60,172 bases of DNA from Actinomycetota bacterium. GTDB lineage: Bacteria; Actinomycetota; Thermoleophilia; Solirubrobacterales; 70-9. Made by a program: the position numbers and the translations under genes. Numbering within the stretch: the stretch's first letter is position 1; each line of letters begins with the position of its first letter. Of the stretch, positions 9,937-18,154 are shown in pieces. The notes under the pieces are model-generated. The model had not been told where the DNA came from. It saw nothing but the letters and a program-made list of their open reading frames with translations, and did not search any database. The stretch lies in the NCBI GenBank assembly GCA_046731495.1, contig JBKPLC010000031.1:1-60172 (forward strand). Reading direction: 5' to 3'.

Positions 9937-10835
9937 TCCAGGAAGCGAAGGATCTCGTCGGCGATTCGCTCGCCGCGGTCCTCCTGCAGGAAGTGCGCCG
10001 CCCCCTCGATCTTGACCTGCTCGCTCACCGTCGGAATCCACTCCAGGAAGCGCTCCCCGGCGCGGGGATAGGGAAACACCGGATCGTTGTCGGAGAAGGC
10101 GACCAGGGCGGGCTTCTCCCAGCGACCGAGGGCGTCGGCGACCTCCCTCATCTCCTTCGCGCCCGCGCCGTCTTCCTCGGTAGGAACCAGCAGCGGGAAC
10201 TGCGCCGCGCCCGCCTTGGACTCGGGGGTCGGGAAGGGAGCCTCGTACCCGGCGACGACCTCGTCGGGGAGCTCGGTGGTCGTCGCCCCCTGGATCACGA
10301 AGCCGACGGGGAGGTCCGGGTTCTTCTCGGCGAACTCCCGCCAGGCCAGGAAGCCCTTCGACACGCGGCCGGTGAAGATCCCCGTGTTGAGGATCACGAG
10401 GGCGCCGACACGGTCGGCGTTCTCCACCGCCCAGCGGAGTCCGATCGGGCCGCCCCAGTCCTGGACGACGGCGACCGCGTCGCTCAGGTCGAGCCCGTCG
10501 AGCAGCTCGGTGACCAGCTCGACGTGCCGGTCGTACGTGTACCAGCCGCGCTCGGTCGGCTTGTCTGAGCGGCCGAAGCCGGCGTAGTCCGGGCAGACGA
10601 CCCGGTATCCGCCCTGGACGAGCGGGCCGGCCATCTTCCGGTAGAGGAACGCCCAGGTCGGCTCGCCGTGGAAGCAGACGATGGGACGCCCCTCCCCCTC
10701 GTCGACGCAGTGAAGCCGCAGGCCGTCGAGCTCGGCGTAGTGCGGCTCGAAGTCGTAGCCGGGCAGACCCTGGAAGCGCTCGTCGGGAGTCCGGAAGACG
10801 TCCACCAACCGCGACGCTACACTGCCCGCCCTCAT
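9933..10835 (-). CDS. haloalkane dehalogenase (HLD-I, DhlA-like alpha/beta hydrolase)
   Basis: Close to DhlA along its whole length: FRTPDERF, HGEPTWAFLYRKM, nucleophile VVQDWGG, C-terminal GAAHFLQE. Start taken at MRAGS (10835), giving 300 aa; the longer track ORF adds an Arg-rich non-homologous extension. Confidence 0.85.
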   Translation of the reverse strand: MRAGSVASRLVDVFRTPDERFQGLPGYDFEPHYAELDGLRLHCVDEGEGRPIVCFHGEPTWAFLYRKMAGPLVQGGYRVVCPDYAGFGRSDKPTERGWYTYDRHVELVTELLDGLDLSDAVAVVQDWGGPIGLRWAVENADRVGALVILNTGIFTGRVSKGFLAWREFAEKNPDLPVGFVIQGATTTELPDEVVAGYEAPFPTPESKAGAAQFPLLVPTEEDGAGAKEMREVADALGRWEKPALVAFSDNDPVFPYPRAGERFLEWIPTVSEQVKIEGAAHFLQEDRGERIADEILRFLD

Positions 10836-11823
10836 GGCTGCCGTCCAATCTCCAGCCATGCCTCCTCCCACGCACGATCCCGCCGACGAGGCGATGTGCG
10901 CGCGGGCTCGGGAGCGCTTCGCCGCCGATCGGAAGCGGGGCGGCCGCGTGCCCAGGCGTCGCCGCAAGCACGCCGCGCTGCCCAACCTGATCATCATCGG
11001 CGGGCTCAAGTGCGGGACGACGAGCATCCACCACTACCTCGGCCTGCATCCCGAGATCAACATGTCCAAGCCGAAGGAGCTCAACTTCTTCGTCGAGGAG
11101 CTCAACTGGGATCTCGGGCTCGACTGGTACAGGGGCCGCTTCGACGGCCGCTTCGGCGTCCGCGGCGAGTCCTCGCCCCACTACACGAACCTCCCCTACT
11201 TCGAGGGCGTCCCGGAGCGGATCCGCACTCACATCCCCGACGCCAAGCTGATCTATATGGTCCGCGACCCGATCTCGCGGATCCTGTCGCACTGGTGTCA
11301 TGCCGTGGGCGCCGGCTACGAGACGCGCCCGATGGAGGAGGCCCTCGCGCGGCCGGACCAGACCTATGTCACCCGCTCCCGGTACTGGATGCAGCTCCAG
11401 CCCTACCTCGAGCGCTTCGACCGCTCGCAGATCGAGATCGTTACGCAGGAGGAGCTCCAGACGGACCGCGAGGGGACGATGCGCAAGGCCTTCGCCTATG
11501 CCGGCGTCGACCCCGACTTCACCTCCGAAGAGTTCGACCGCGAGTGGGAGAAGTCCTCGGCCAAGGAGTCCGACCGCTACCAGTTCATGGAGAAGCTGAT
11601 CAAGCTCCCGGGCTTCCGCTCGTTCGACCGCAACTTCGACCGCTTCCCGGAGCGGCTCCGCTGGATGGTCGAGAAGATCGTCCACGACCCGGAGGCCCCT
11701 CCCGCCCCCAAGCCGGAGATCCCCGAGTCGATCCTCGAATCGCTCCGCGCGCAGTTCTCGGACGACGTCGCCGCCCTGCAGGAGTTCGCGGGCCGCGAGT
11801 TCGCGGGCTGGAAGCAATACTGA
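10834..11823 (+). CDS. sulfotransferase family protein
   Basis: PAPS 5'-phosphosulfate loop IIIGGLKCGTTS and 3'-phosphate motif MVRDPISRILS are present. Start is ATG 10834 or ATG 10858. Confidence 0.8.
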   Translation: MAAVQSPAMPPPTHDPADEAMCARARERFAADRKRGGRVPRRRRKHAALPNLIIIGGLKCGTTSIHHYLGLHPEINMSKPKELNFFVEELNWDLGLDWYRGRFDGRFGVRGESSPHYTNLPYFEGVPERIRTHIPDAKLIYMVRDPISRILSHWCHAVGAGYETRPMEEALARPDQTYVTRSRYWMQLQPYLERFDRSQIEIVTQEELQTDREGTMRKAFAYAGVDPDFTSEEFDREWEKSSAKESDRYQFMEKLIKLPGFRSFDRNFDRFPERLRWMVEKIVHDPEAPPAPKPEIPESILESLRAQFSDDVAALQEFAGREFAGWKQY

Positions 11824-11830
11824 TCCCCGC

Positions 11831-12274
11831 ATGAAGATCGCGGTGGCTGCCGACGAGCGCGTGGGGGTGGCGGAGGCCGTGCTCGAGGAGCTTCGGAAGC
11901 GAGGTCACGAGCCGATCCCACACGGCGCCCTGGCCGACGACGAGCGCGACGACTGGGCCTGGGCCAGCGAGGCCGCGGCCCGGGACGTGGCCGAGGGTCG
12001 CGCCGAGCAGGCGATCGTCTGCTGCTGGACAGGCACCGGCGCATCGATCGCCGCCAACAAGGTCGACGGCGTACGGGCCGCGCTCTGCCTGGACGCGCAG
12101 ACGGCCGACGGTGCCCGCAAGTGGAACGACGCGAACGCCCTCGCCCTCAGCCTCCGCGCCACCTCCGAGGCGGAGCTGGGCGAGATCCTCGACGCCTGGT
12201 TCGGCGGCGGGCCGAGCGGCGACGCGGATGATGCTGCCAACGTCGAGCACATCGCCGAGATCGAGGGCAGATGA
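11831..12274 (+). CDS. rpiB: RpiB/LacA/LacB family sugar-phosphate isomerase (ribose-5-phosphate isomerase B-like)
   Basis: 147 aa starting MKIAVAADE. Active-site region CCWTGTGASIAANK matches the RpiB CGTGxGxSIAANK signature. Confidence 0.75.
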   Translation: MKIAVAADERVGVAEAVLEELRKRGHEPIPHGALADDERDDWAWASEAAARDVAEGRAEQAIVCCWTGTGASIAANKVDGVRAALCLDAQTADGARKWNDANALALSLRATSEAELGEILDAWFGGGPSGDADDAANVEHIAEIEGR

Positions 12275-13083
12275 GCGACGGCACGAGCACCACCCCCGCT
12301 CCATCCCGGCTCCCAGGTGAGACCCATCCGGTTCGGCGCCTCCTGCCGGACGAGGCCGAGACGACGGTGGCGGAGCAGCTCGCGCTGCTCGACCTGAAGG
12401 AGCTGGCGCATCCCGACCGGCCCTATCTGATTCTCAACTTCGCCACCACCCTGGACGGCCGCGCCGCGATCCAAGGTCGCTCCGGCCCGATCGGCAGCGC
12501 CACGGACACGGAGATGCTGCAGCGGCTCCGAACCCGGGTCGACGCCGTGATGATCGGCGCCGGCACGATGCGCGCCGAGCGCTACGGGCGCATGGTGTCC
12601 GACCCGCAGTTCCGCGCCTATCGCGAGCGGACCGGTCTGGCGCATGACCCCCTCGCAGTGATCGTCTCCAACCGCCTCGACCTTCCTTGGGATGCGCCCC
12701 TCTTCACCGACGGGGGAGGAGGGTGCGTCATCTTCACCGCCTCCGAGGAGCAGCCGCCGGACACAGCCACTCCGGTCACCTGCGTACGCCATCCCGATGG
12801 GGTCGACCTCGAGCAGTGCCTGGAGTGGTGTCTCAAGGAACGGGGCGTCCAGTCCGTCCTCTGTGAGGGCGGCCCGACCCTGCACGGGCGCCTCCGTGAG
12901 GGAGGCCTCGCCGACGAGCTTTTTCTGACGATCGCGCCGAAGATCGCCGGCGGCGAAGGGCCGCGGGTGCTGGAGGGGGCGCTGCCCGAGATCGATGAGG
13001 TGGAGCTCGCCTGGCTGCTGGAGTCCGAGGGCGAGCTCTTCGCCCGCTACCGGGGCATCACGTCGGGGCCCGGCGGCGCCTAG
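12271..13083 (+). CDS. RibD C-terminal domain / dihydrofolate-reductase-like pyrimidine reductase family protein
   Basis: ..NFATTLDGRAA.., ..VDAVMIGAGT.. and ..VLCEGGPTLHG.. are typical of this family. ATGA overlap with rpiB. Confidence 0.7.
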   Translation: MSDGTSTTPAPSRLPGETHPVRRLLPDEAETTVAEQLALLDLKELAHPDRPYLILNFATTLDGRAAIQGRSGPIGSATDTEMLQRLRTRVDAVMIGAGTMRAERYGRMVSDPQFRAYRERTGLAHDPLAVIVSNRLDLPWDAPLFTDGGGGCVIFTASEEQPPDTATPVTCVRHPDGVDLEQCLEWCLKERGVQSVLCEGGPTLHGRLREGGLADELFLTIAPKIAGGEGPRVLEGALPEIDEVELAWLLESEGELFARYRGITSGPGGA

Positions 13084-13121
13084 GACAGGTCCCGAAAGGC
13101 CCTGCGCGGTAGGTTTCAGCC

Positions 13122-14381
13122 GTGGACTTCAAGCCCTCGCCCGAGGTCGAGTCCCTTCGCGAGCGCATCGAGGCGTTCATGGAGGAGCACTGCTACCCGG
13201 TTGAGGCGGAGGCGATCCAGGCGATCGACGACGAGGTCAAGCCGGGCGTCCCGTATCCCCAGATCCTGGTCGAGATCCGGGCCAAGGCGAAGGAGCAGGG
13301 CCTCTGGAACCTCTTCCTCGCCGACGACGAATACGGCGGCGGGCTCACCAACTGGGAATACGGGATCCTCTGCGAGCAGATGGGGCGCAGCCCCATTGTG
13401 GCGCCGATGGCCTTCAACTGCTCCGCGCCCGACACGGGGAACATGGAGATCCTCGTCGACCACGGGACGCCCGAGCAGAAGGAGCGCTTCCTCCAGCCGC
13501 TGCTCGACGGCGAGATCCGCAGCTGCTTCTCGATGACCGAGCCCGAGGTCTCGGGCTCGGATCCGACCACGCTTCAGACCCGCGCCGAGCTGGTCGACGG
13601 CGAGTGGGTGATCAACGGGCACAAGTGGTTCACCTCCGGGGCGAACGGCGCCGAGTTCGCGATCGCGATGGTCGTCACCGACCCCGACGCCCCGCCCTAC
13701 ACGCGGGCGAGCATGATCATCGTCCCCGTGGACACGCCCGGCTTCGAGCTGATCCGGAACGTCTCGGTGATGGGGCACGACCAGGGGCCGGGCCACTGCG
13801 AGATCCGCTACGAGAACTGCCGCGTGCCCGAGGCGAACCTGCTCGGCGAGCGGGGCGCCGGCTTCGTGATCGCACAGGACCGGCTCGGCCCGGGCCGCAT
13901 CCACCACTGCATGCGCGCGATCGGCACTGCCGAGCGGGCCATCGAGATGATGTGCGAGCGTGCCAACTCGCGGGACTCGTTCGGCGGGCCGCTCGCGGAC
14001 AAGCAGTTCGTCCAGGACTTCATCGCCAAGTCCCGCATGGAGGTCGACCAGGCCCGGCTGCTGACCCTCTACGCCGCCTGGCAGATGGACACCGAGGGCA
14101 AGCGTCGCGCGCGGCAGGCCATATCGATGATCAAGGTCGTCGCCGCGAACGTCGTGATGGACGTGCTCGACCGCGCGATCCAGGTCCACGGCTCGCTCGG
14201 CATGTCGGACGACACGCCGCTCGCCGGCATGTGGCGCTTCATGCGCATGCTGCGCGTCGCCGACGGACCCGACGAGGTCCACAAGATGGTGATTGCCCGG
14301 CGCGAGCTGAACCGGGCCGCGAAGCGGGCCGAGGCCACCGCCGACGGCGGTCCCGCGGAACCGGCGAAGGCGCCGGCCTAG
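13122..14381 (+). CDS. acyl-CoA dehydrogenase family protein (ACAD10/11-like FadE)
   Basis: 419 aa with ..CFSMTEPEVSGSD.. and a C-terminal ..ADGPDEVH.. region. TAGGTT lies 6 nt upstream of GTG 13122. Confidence 0.85.
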   Translation: MDFKPSPEVESLRERIEAFMEEHCYPVEAEAIQAIDDEVKPGVPYPQILVEIRAKAKEQGLWNLFLADDEYGGGLTNWEYGILCEQMGRSPIVAPMAFNCSAPDTGNMEILVDHGTPEQKERFLQPLLDGEIRSCFSMTEPEVSGSDPTTLQTRAELVDGEWVINGHKWFTSGANGAEFAIAMVVTDPDAPPYTRASMIIVPVDTPGFELIRNVSVMGHDQGPGHCEIRYENCRVPEANLLGERGAGFVIAQDRLGPGRIHHCMRAIGTAERAIEMMCERANSRDSFGGPLADKQFVQDFIAKSRMEVDQARLLTLYAAWQMDTEGKRRARQAISMIKVVAANVVMDVLDRAIQVHGSLGMSDDTPLAGMWRFMRMLRVADGPDEVHKMVIARRELNRAAKRAEATADGGPAEPAKAPA

Positions 14382-14941
14382 TCCTTCTCACGCGGCTGGT
14401 TCTGCTGCTCAAGGACGGCGATTGCGCCGCGGTGGATCAGCAGACGCGCCAGGGTGGTCGGTCGAACTCCATACGACCGCGCGGCCTCTCGAAGGGCGTC
14501 GTAGCCCAGCTCAGTCAGCCGGACGTTGACCTGACGACATCTTGGGCGTCGGGGTTGCGCAGCATCGGCCGCGACAGCGTCTAGATCAATGTCTGCCGGC
14601 GCCGCGTCCGGTAGGTCGCTGGCCACTGGACGCTTTTGCTTGTTCTTGAAGCGGTGCCCCCAGCCCATCCTCTCCCAGCCCGCTTCCTCTTCCTTGACGA
14701 GATCCCAGTAGGTCTCGTAGCCCGCCTGGTTCCACCAACCCTCTCTCATGCTTTTGTACACCTCAATGAGAGGGTGAAGACCCTCGTCGTACTGGTCGAT
14801 GTCGTCGGGGTGATAGCCATCGCTATCGCCGTGGCTATCGGACCGATATCCATTGCTATCGGAGTCGCTATCGGACTGATATCCATCGCTATCACCCCCG
14901 AAAGGGTCGTGATCGGGCAGACCTGGTCGCTCATGGGCCAT
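14378..14941 (-). CDS. hypothetical protein: acidic DSDGY-type repeats, Trp-rich middle, C-terminal ribbon-helix-helix-like segment
   Basis: C-terminal part of track ORF 14378..15514, starting at MAHERPG (ATG 14941). Visibly lower GC than its neighbours. ..RQVNVRLTELGYDALREAARSYGVRPTTLARLLI.. looks like an RHH (CopG/MobC-like) fold. Confidence 0.5.
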   Translation of the reverse strand: MAHERPGLPDHDPFGGDSDGYQSDSDSDSNGYRSDSHGDSDGYHPDDIDQYDEGLHPLIEVYKSMREGWWNQAGYETYWDLVKEEEAGWERMGWGHRFKNKQKRPVASDLPDAAPADIDLDAVAADAAQPRRPRCRQVNVRLTELGYDALREAARSYGVRPTTLARLLIHRGAIAVLEQQNQPREKD

Positions 14942-14997
14942 GCGCGATGCATCGCACCGCGGCCGCTTCACGCGGCGCGCGATCAGTGTCGAAAGAA

Positions 14998-16041
14998 CTA
15001 CGGAAGGCGGTCGGCGGCGTCCGACGCGGCGTCCGCCAGGCGCTCCACGATCTTCGCGAACTCCTGGAAGCCCTCGTCGGTCTTGCCGTACTGGCCTGAG
15101 GCGTAGCGCGCGTAGACGCCCTCGAGGATGATCGCCAGCTTCCAGTAGCCGAGCGCGATGAAGAAGTCGATCTGGCTCAGATCGCGGCCGGACTTCTCCG
15201 CATAGCGCTCGCGCACGTCGTCCCGCTTCGGGAAGCCAGGCGCAATGGTGGCCGGCGCGAACAGCGGCATGAAGTCGTCGCCCTCCTCCGACCAGTAGAC
15301 GAGCAGCATGCCGACGTCGGCGAGGGGGTCGCCGAGGGTGCAGAGCTCCCAGTCGACCACGGCCGCGACCTCGCCCGAGGGAGCCAGGATCATGTTGTCG
15401 AGGCGGTAGTCGCCGTGGACGATCGTCGCCGGGCCCTGCTCGGGGACGCGCGCCGAGAGCCGCTCGTGCACCGAGTCGACGGCGGGCAGTTCGCGTGTCT
15501 TCGACTTCTCCCACTGGCCCTGCCAGCGCTTCAGCTGGCGCTCGACGTAGGCCTCCTTGCGACCCAGGTCCCCCAGCCCGACCTCGTCCGGATCCACCGC
15601 GTGGATCTGAACGAGCGTGTCCACCACGCGCTCCCCGATCGCCGACCGCTCATCCTCGTCGAACTCCTTCGCCTCCTCGGCCGAGCGCAGGATCGGCCCC
15701 TCCACGAAACCCATCACGTAGAAGGGCGCGCCGTTCACTGACTCGTCCTCGCATAGCCCAACCACCGGTGGCACGGGTACGGGGGTGTCCTGAAGCGCCG
15801 CGATCACGCGGTGCTCGCGGCCCATGTCGTGAGCCGAGCCGAGTCGCTTGCCCAGCGGCGGGCGCCGCAGCGCCCAGGCGTGGCCGCCCGCGTCGCGCAC
15901 GCCGAAGGTCATGTTCGAGCGCCCGCCCGAGATCCGGTCGAAGCTCAGGGGGAGCTCGACCGCGGGCACGTTCGCCTCGAACCAGCCCTCGACGCCGGCG
16001 CGATCGATCCCCTCGGGTGCCTCAGTAGCCTGCTGCCCCAT
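14998..16041 (-). CDS. phosphotransferase (APH/ACAD10 N-terminal kinase-like) family protein
   Basis: Motifs ..ISGGRSNMTF.., catalytic loop IVHGDYRLDNMI and ..VVDWELCTLGDPLADV.. are present. Start taken at MGQQATEAPEG (16041). Confidence 0.85.
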   Translation of the reverse strand: MGQQATEAPEGIDRAGVEGWFEANVPAVELPLSFDRISGGRSNMTFGVRDAGGHAWALRRPPLGKRLGSAHDMGREHRVIAALQDTPVPVPPVVGLCEDESVNGAPFYVMGFVEGPILRSAEEAKEFDEDERSAIGERVVDTLVQIHAVDPDEVGLGDLGRKEAYVERQLKRWQGQWEKSKTRELPAVDSVHERLSARVPEQGPATIVHGDYRLDNMILAPSGEVAAVVDWELCTLGDPLADVGMLLVYWSEEGDDFMPLFAPATIAPGFPKRDDVRERYAEKSGRDLSQIDFFIALGYWKLAIILEGVYARYASGQYGKTDEGFQEFAKIVERLADAASDAADRLP

Positions 16042-16675
16042 GTCTCGCGGAGCATATGCCGCAGCGCTCTTCGACTTCGGCGGGGTCCTGACCACCTCGG
16101 TCTGGGACAGCTTCGCCGCCTTCTGCCGCTCGGAGGGGCTCGAGCCCGACGCCGTCAAGGAGCTCTTCCGCACCGACCCTGAGGCGCTGGCTGACCTGCG
16201 TGCGCTGGAGACCGGCAAGTCCTCGGAGGCCGAGTTCGAGGCCGCCTTCGGCCGCCGCCTGGGCCTCGAGAACCCCGATGGCCTGATCGACAGCATGTTC
16301 GCCGGCATGAAGCCGGACGAGGCGATGGTCTCCGCGGTCAAAGCGATCCGGGCCGGGGGCCTGCTGACCGGTTTGATCACCAACTCGTGGAGCACCGAGC
16401 ATTACGACCGCAAACTGCTGGCGGACCTCTTCGACGACGTCGTCATATCGGCCGAGGTACGCCTGCACAAGCCGCAGCCCGAGATCTACCGCCTCGCGGC
16501 CGAGCGGCTCGAGGTCGAGCCCGAGCGGTGCCTGTTCGTGGACGATCTGCGCGAGAACTGCGAGGGCGCCGAGGCCGTCGGGATGACAGCGATCCGCTTC
16601 CGCGACTCCCAGCAGACAATCGCCCGCCTGACGGAGCTCACGGGGCTGGACCTGGCGCCGGCGAGGGCAGGCTAG
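16040..16675 (+). CDS. HAD-IA family hydrolase
   Basis: Starts MSRGAYAAALFDFGGVL (DxG variant of HAD motif I). ..LITNS.., ..KPQPEIY.. and ..FVDDL.. motifs follow. Confidence 0.8.
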   Translation: MSRGAYAAALFDFGGVLTTSVWDSFAAFCRSEGLEPDAVKELFRTDPEALADLRALETGKSSEAEFEAAFGRRLGLENPDGLIDSMFAGMKPDEAMVSAVKAIRAGGLLTGLITNSWSTEHYDRKLLADLFDDVVISAEVRLHKPQPEIYRLAAERLEVEPERCLFVDDLRENCEGAEAVGMTAIRFRDSQQTIARLTELTGLDLAPARAG

Positions 16676-17520
16676 GCGCCCGCCGCGATCATCGCGACGC
16701 CGAGCAGCGCCAACACCACACCCGCCCACTGCACCGCGGCCAGCCGCTCACCGAGCACGCCGTGCGCGAGCGCGACCGTGAACGCCGGGTACATGGAGCC
16801 GCCCACCGCGACCACCGGCAACACGCCCTTGGTTGAGGCGATCGCGAAGAGGGCGTTGGCGAGCACGTCGAAGGCACCGATCACGATCAGCACCGGCAAG
16901 GCGATTCCCACCCCATCGAATGACGGCCGCACGACGAGCAGCGCGACGAGGACGGTGGCGACGCCGCCGACCCTGACGGCGAGAATCGACCACCCCGGTC
17001 GGTCCGCCGCCGCGACATCGAGGCCGGTGAAGAAGATCCCGAAGCCGAGGCCCGCGATGATCGCCAGGACGATGGAAACTCGCGCAGCCCTGGCCGTCTC
17101 GACGTGCTCGGGTTGCTCCTCGTAGCTCAGGATGACCACGCCCGCGATCGCTGGGACGAGGCCGGCGAGCTGGATCGCTCCCGGCGAGTCCCCCCGGGCG
17201 AGCCCGAACACGACCGGCACCACCACGCCGAGGGCCGCGATGGGCGCCACCACGCTGACCGTGCCCATGGCCATCGCGGAGTAGAAGGCCGCCAGGCCCC
17301 CGAGTGAGGCGGCCCCCGCCAGGGCGGCGATCGCGAGCTTGTCCGCCGAGATGTGATCGGCCCCGATCAGCGGGATCAGGGCGAGGATCAGCAGGAGGCC
17401 GGCGGGCTGGGAGATCGCAAGCACGCCGAGTACCGGAATCCGCCGTGTCTGCTGGCCGCCCAGGAAATCGGAGATTCCCCAGGAGGCGGCCGATGCGAGG
17501 CTGATGATGAGAGGGGCCAC
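16672..17520 (-). CDS. EamA/DMT family transporter
   Basis: 282 aa with about ten hydrophobic segments in two EamA-like halves. GTG start. Confidence 0.8.
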   Translation of the reverse strand: MAPLIISLASAASWGISDFLGGQQTRRIPVLGVLAISQPAGLLLILALIPLIGADHISADKLAIAALAGAASLGGLAAFYSAMAMGTVSVVAPIAALGVVVPVVFGLARGDSPGAIQLAGLVPAIAGVVILSYEEQPEHVETARAARVSIVLAIIAGLGFGIFFTGLDVAAADRPGWSILAVRVGGVATVLVALLVVRPSFDGVGIALPVLIVIGAFDVLANALFAIASTKGVLPVVAVGGSMYPAFTVALAHGVLGERLAAVQWAGVVLALLGVAMIAAGA

Positions 17521-17573
17521 CGTTAGGTGCCACCCCTTTTATCGAGCAGCAACTCGTAGGAGTTTGGTGCGCC

Positions 17574-18104
17574 CTACTGGCCGAGCAGGCCGTTGACGGT
17601 GTTGCTGACGCCGCCCAGCAGGTTGTTCGCGGCGCCGTTCACGTCGTTCACCGTGCTGTCCACCGTGTCACCGCCGCCGCCACCGCCGGAGCCCGGCAGG
17701 CTCAGGTCAGGAGTGCTCGGCGTGCTGATCGATGGAGCCGACCCGGTGCTGGTGCCGCTTCCGGAGCCGTCGCTGGTGCCCGTGCTGCCCCCGGATCCAC
17801 CGGACCCGCCACCCGAGATGGTGGGGGTTCCGGACCGCTCGCTACCGGAGGCAACCGTGGGCGCGCTCTGCTTGCTGGCGAGGGCGACGACAGCCCGGTT
17901 CAGCTTCGCGGGCCCGGTCGGAGAGGAGGCCGGGACCGCGTCGGGCCCATTCGTGACCGCAGAGAGTCCGCCCGCCACGCCTGACAGGCTTGTGCCGAAC
18001 CCGATCAGAGCCGCGACGGCAACCGGAATCGCGAACAGCGCAACTCCGGCTAAACCGCGCGCGACTATGCGGCCGCGCCACCACGCAAGCAATCCTTTAC
18101 CCAT
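17574..18104 (-). CDS. membrane-anchored Gly/Ser/Thr-rich hypothetical protein
   Basis: ATG 18104 with AGGGGAAAG upstream. One N-terminal TM segment is followed by a low-complexity SGGGSGGSGGSTGTSDGSGSG region. Confidence 0.5.
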   Translation of the reverse strand: MGKGLLAWWRGRIVARGLAGVALFAIPVAVAALIGFGTSLSGVAGGLSAVTNGPDAVPASSPTGPAKLNRAVVALASKQSAPTVASGSERSGTPTISGGGSGGSGGSTGTSDGSGSGTSTGSAPSISTPSTPDLSLPGSGGGGGGDTVDSTVNDVNGAANNLLGGVSNTVNGLLGQ

Positions 18105-18154
18105 GACTTTCCCCTGGCCATAGTGTACGGGCCGGAAGGGAATCCACAAAACCG

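Noticed and set aside
9064-11832. 922-aa minus-strand ORF.
   Set aside because: It is a composite. Only the last 290 codons (DUF2804-like) look real. The upstream part runs off-frame through the haloalkane dehalogenase gene and antisense to the sulfotransferase gene, and is Arg/Pro/Gly-rich.
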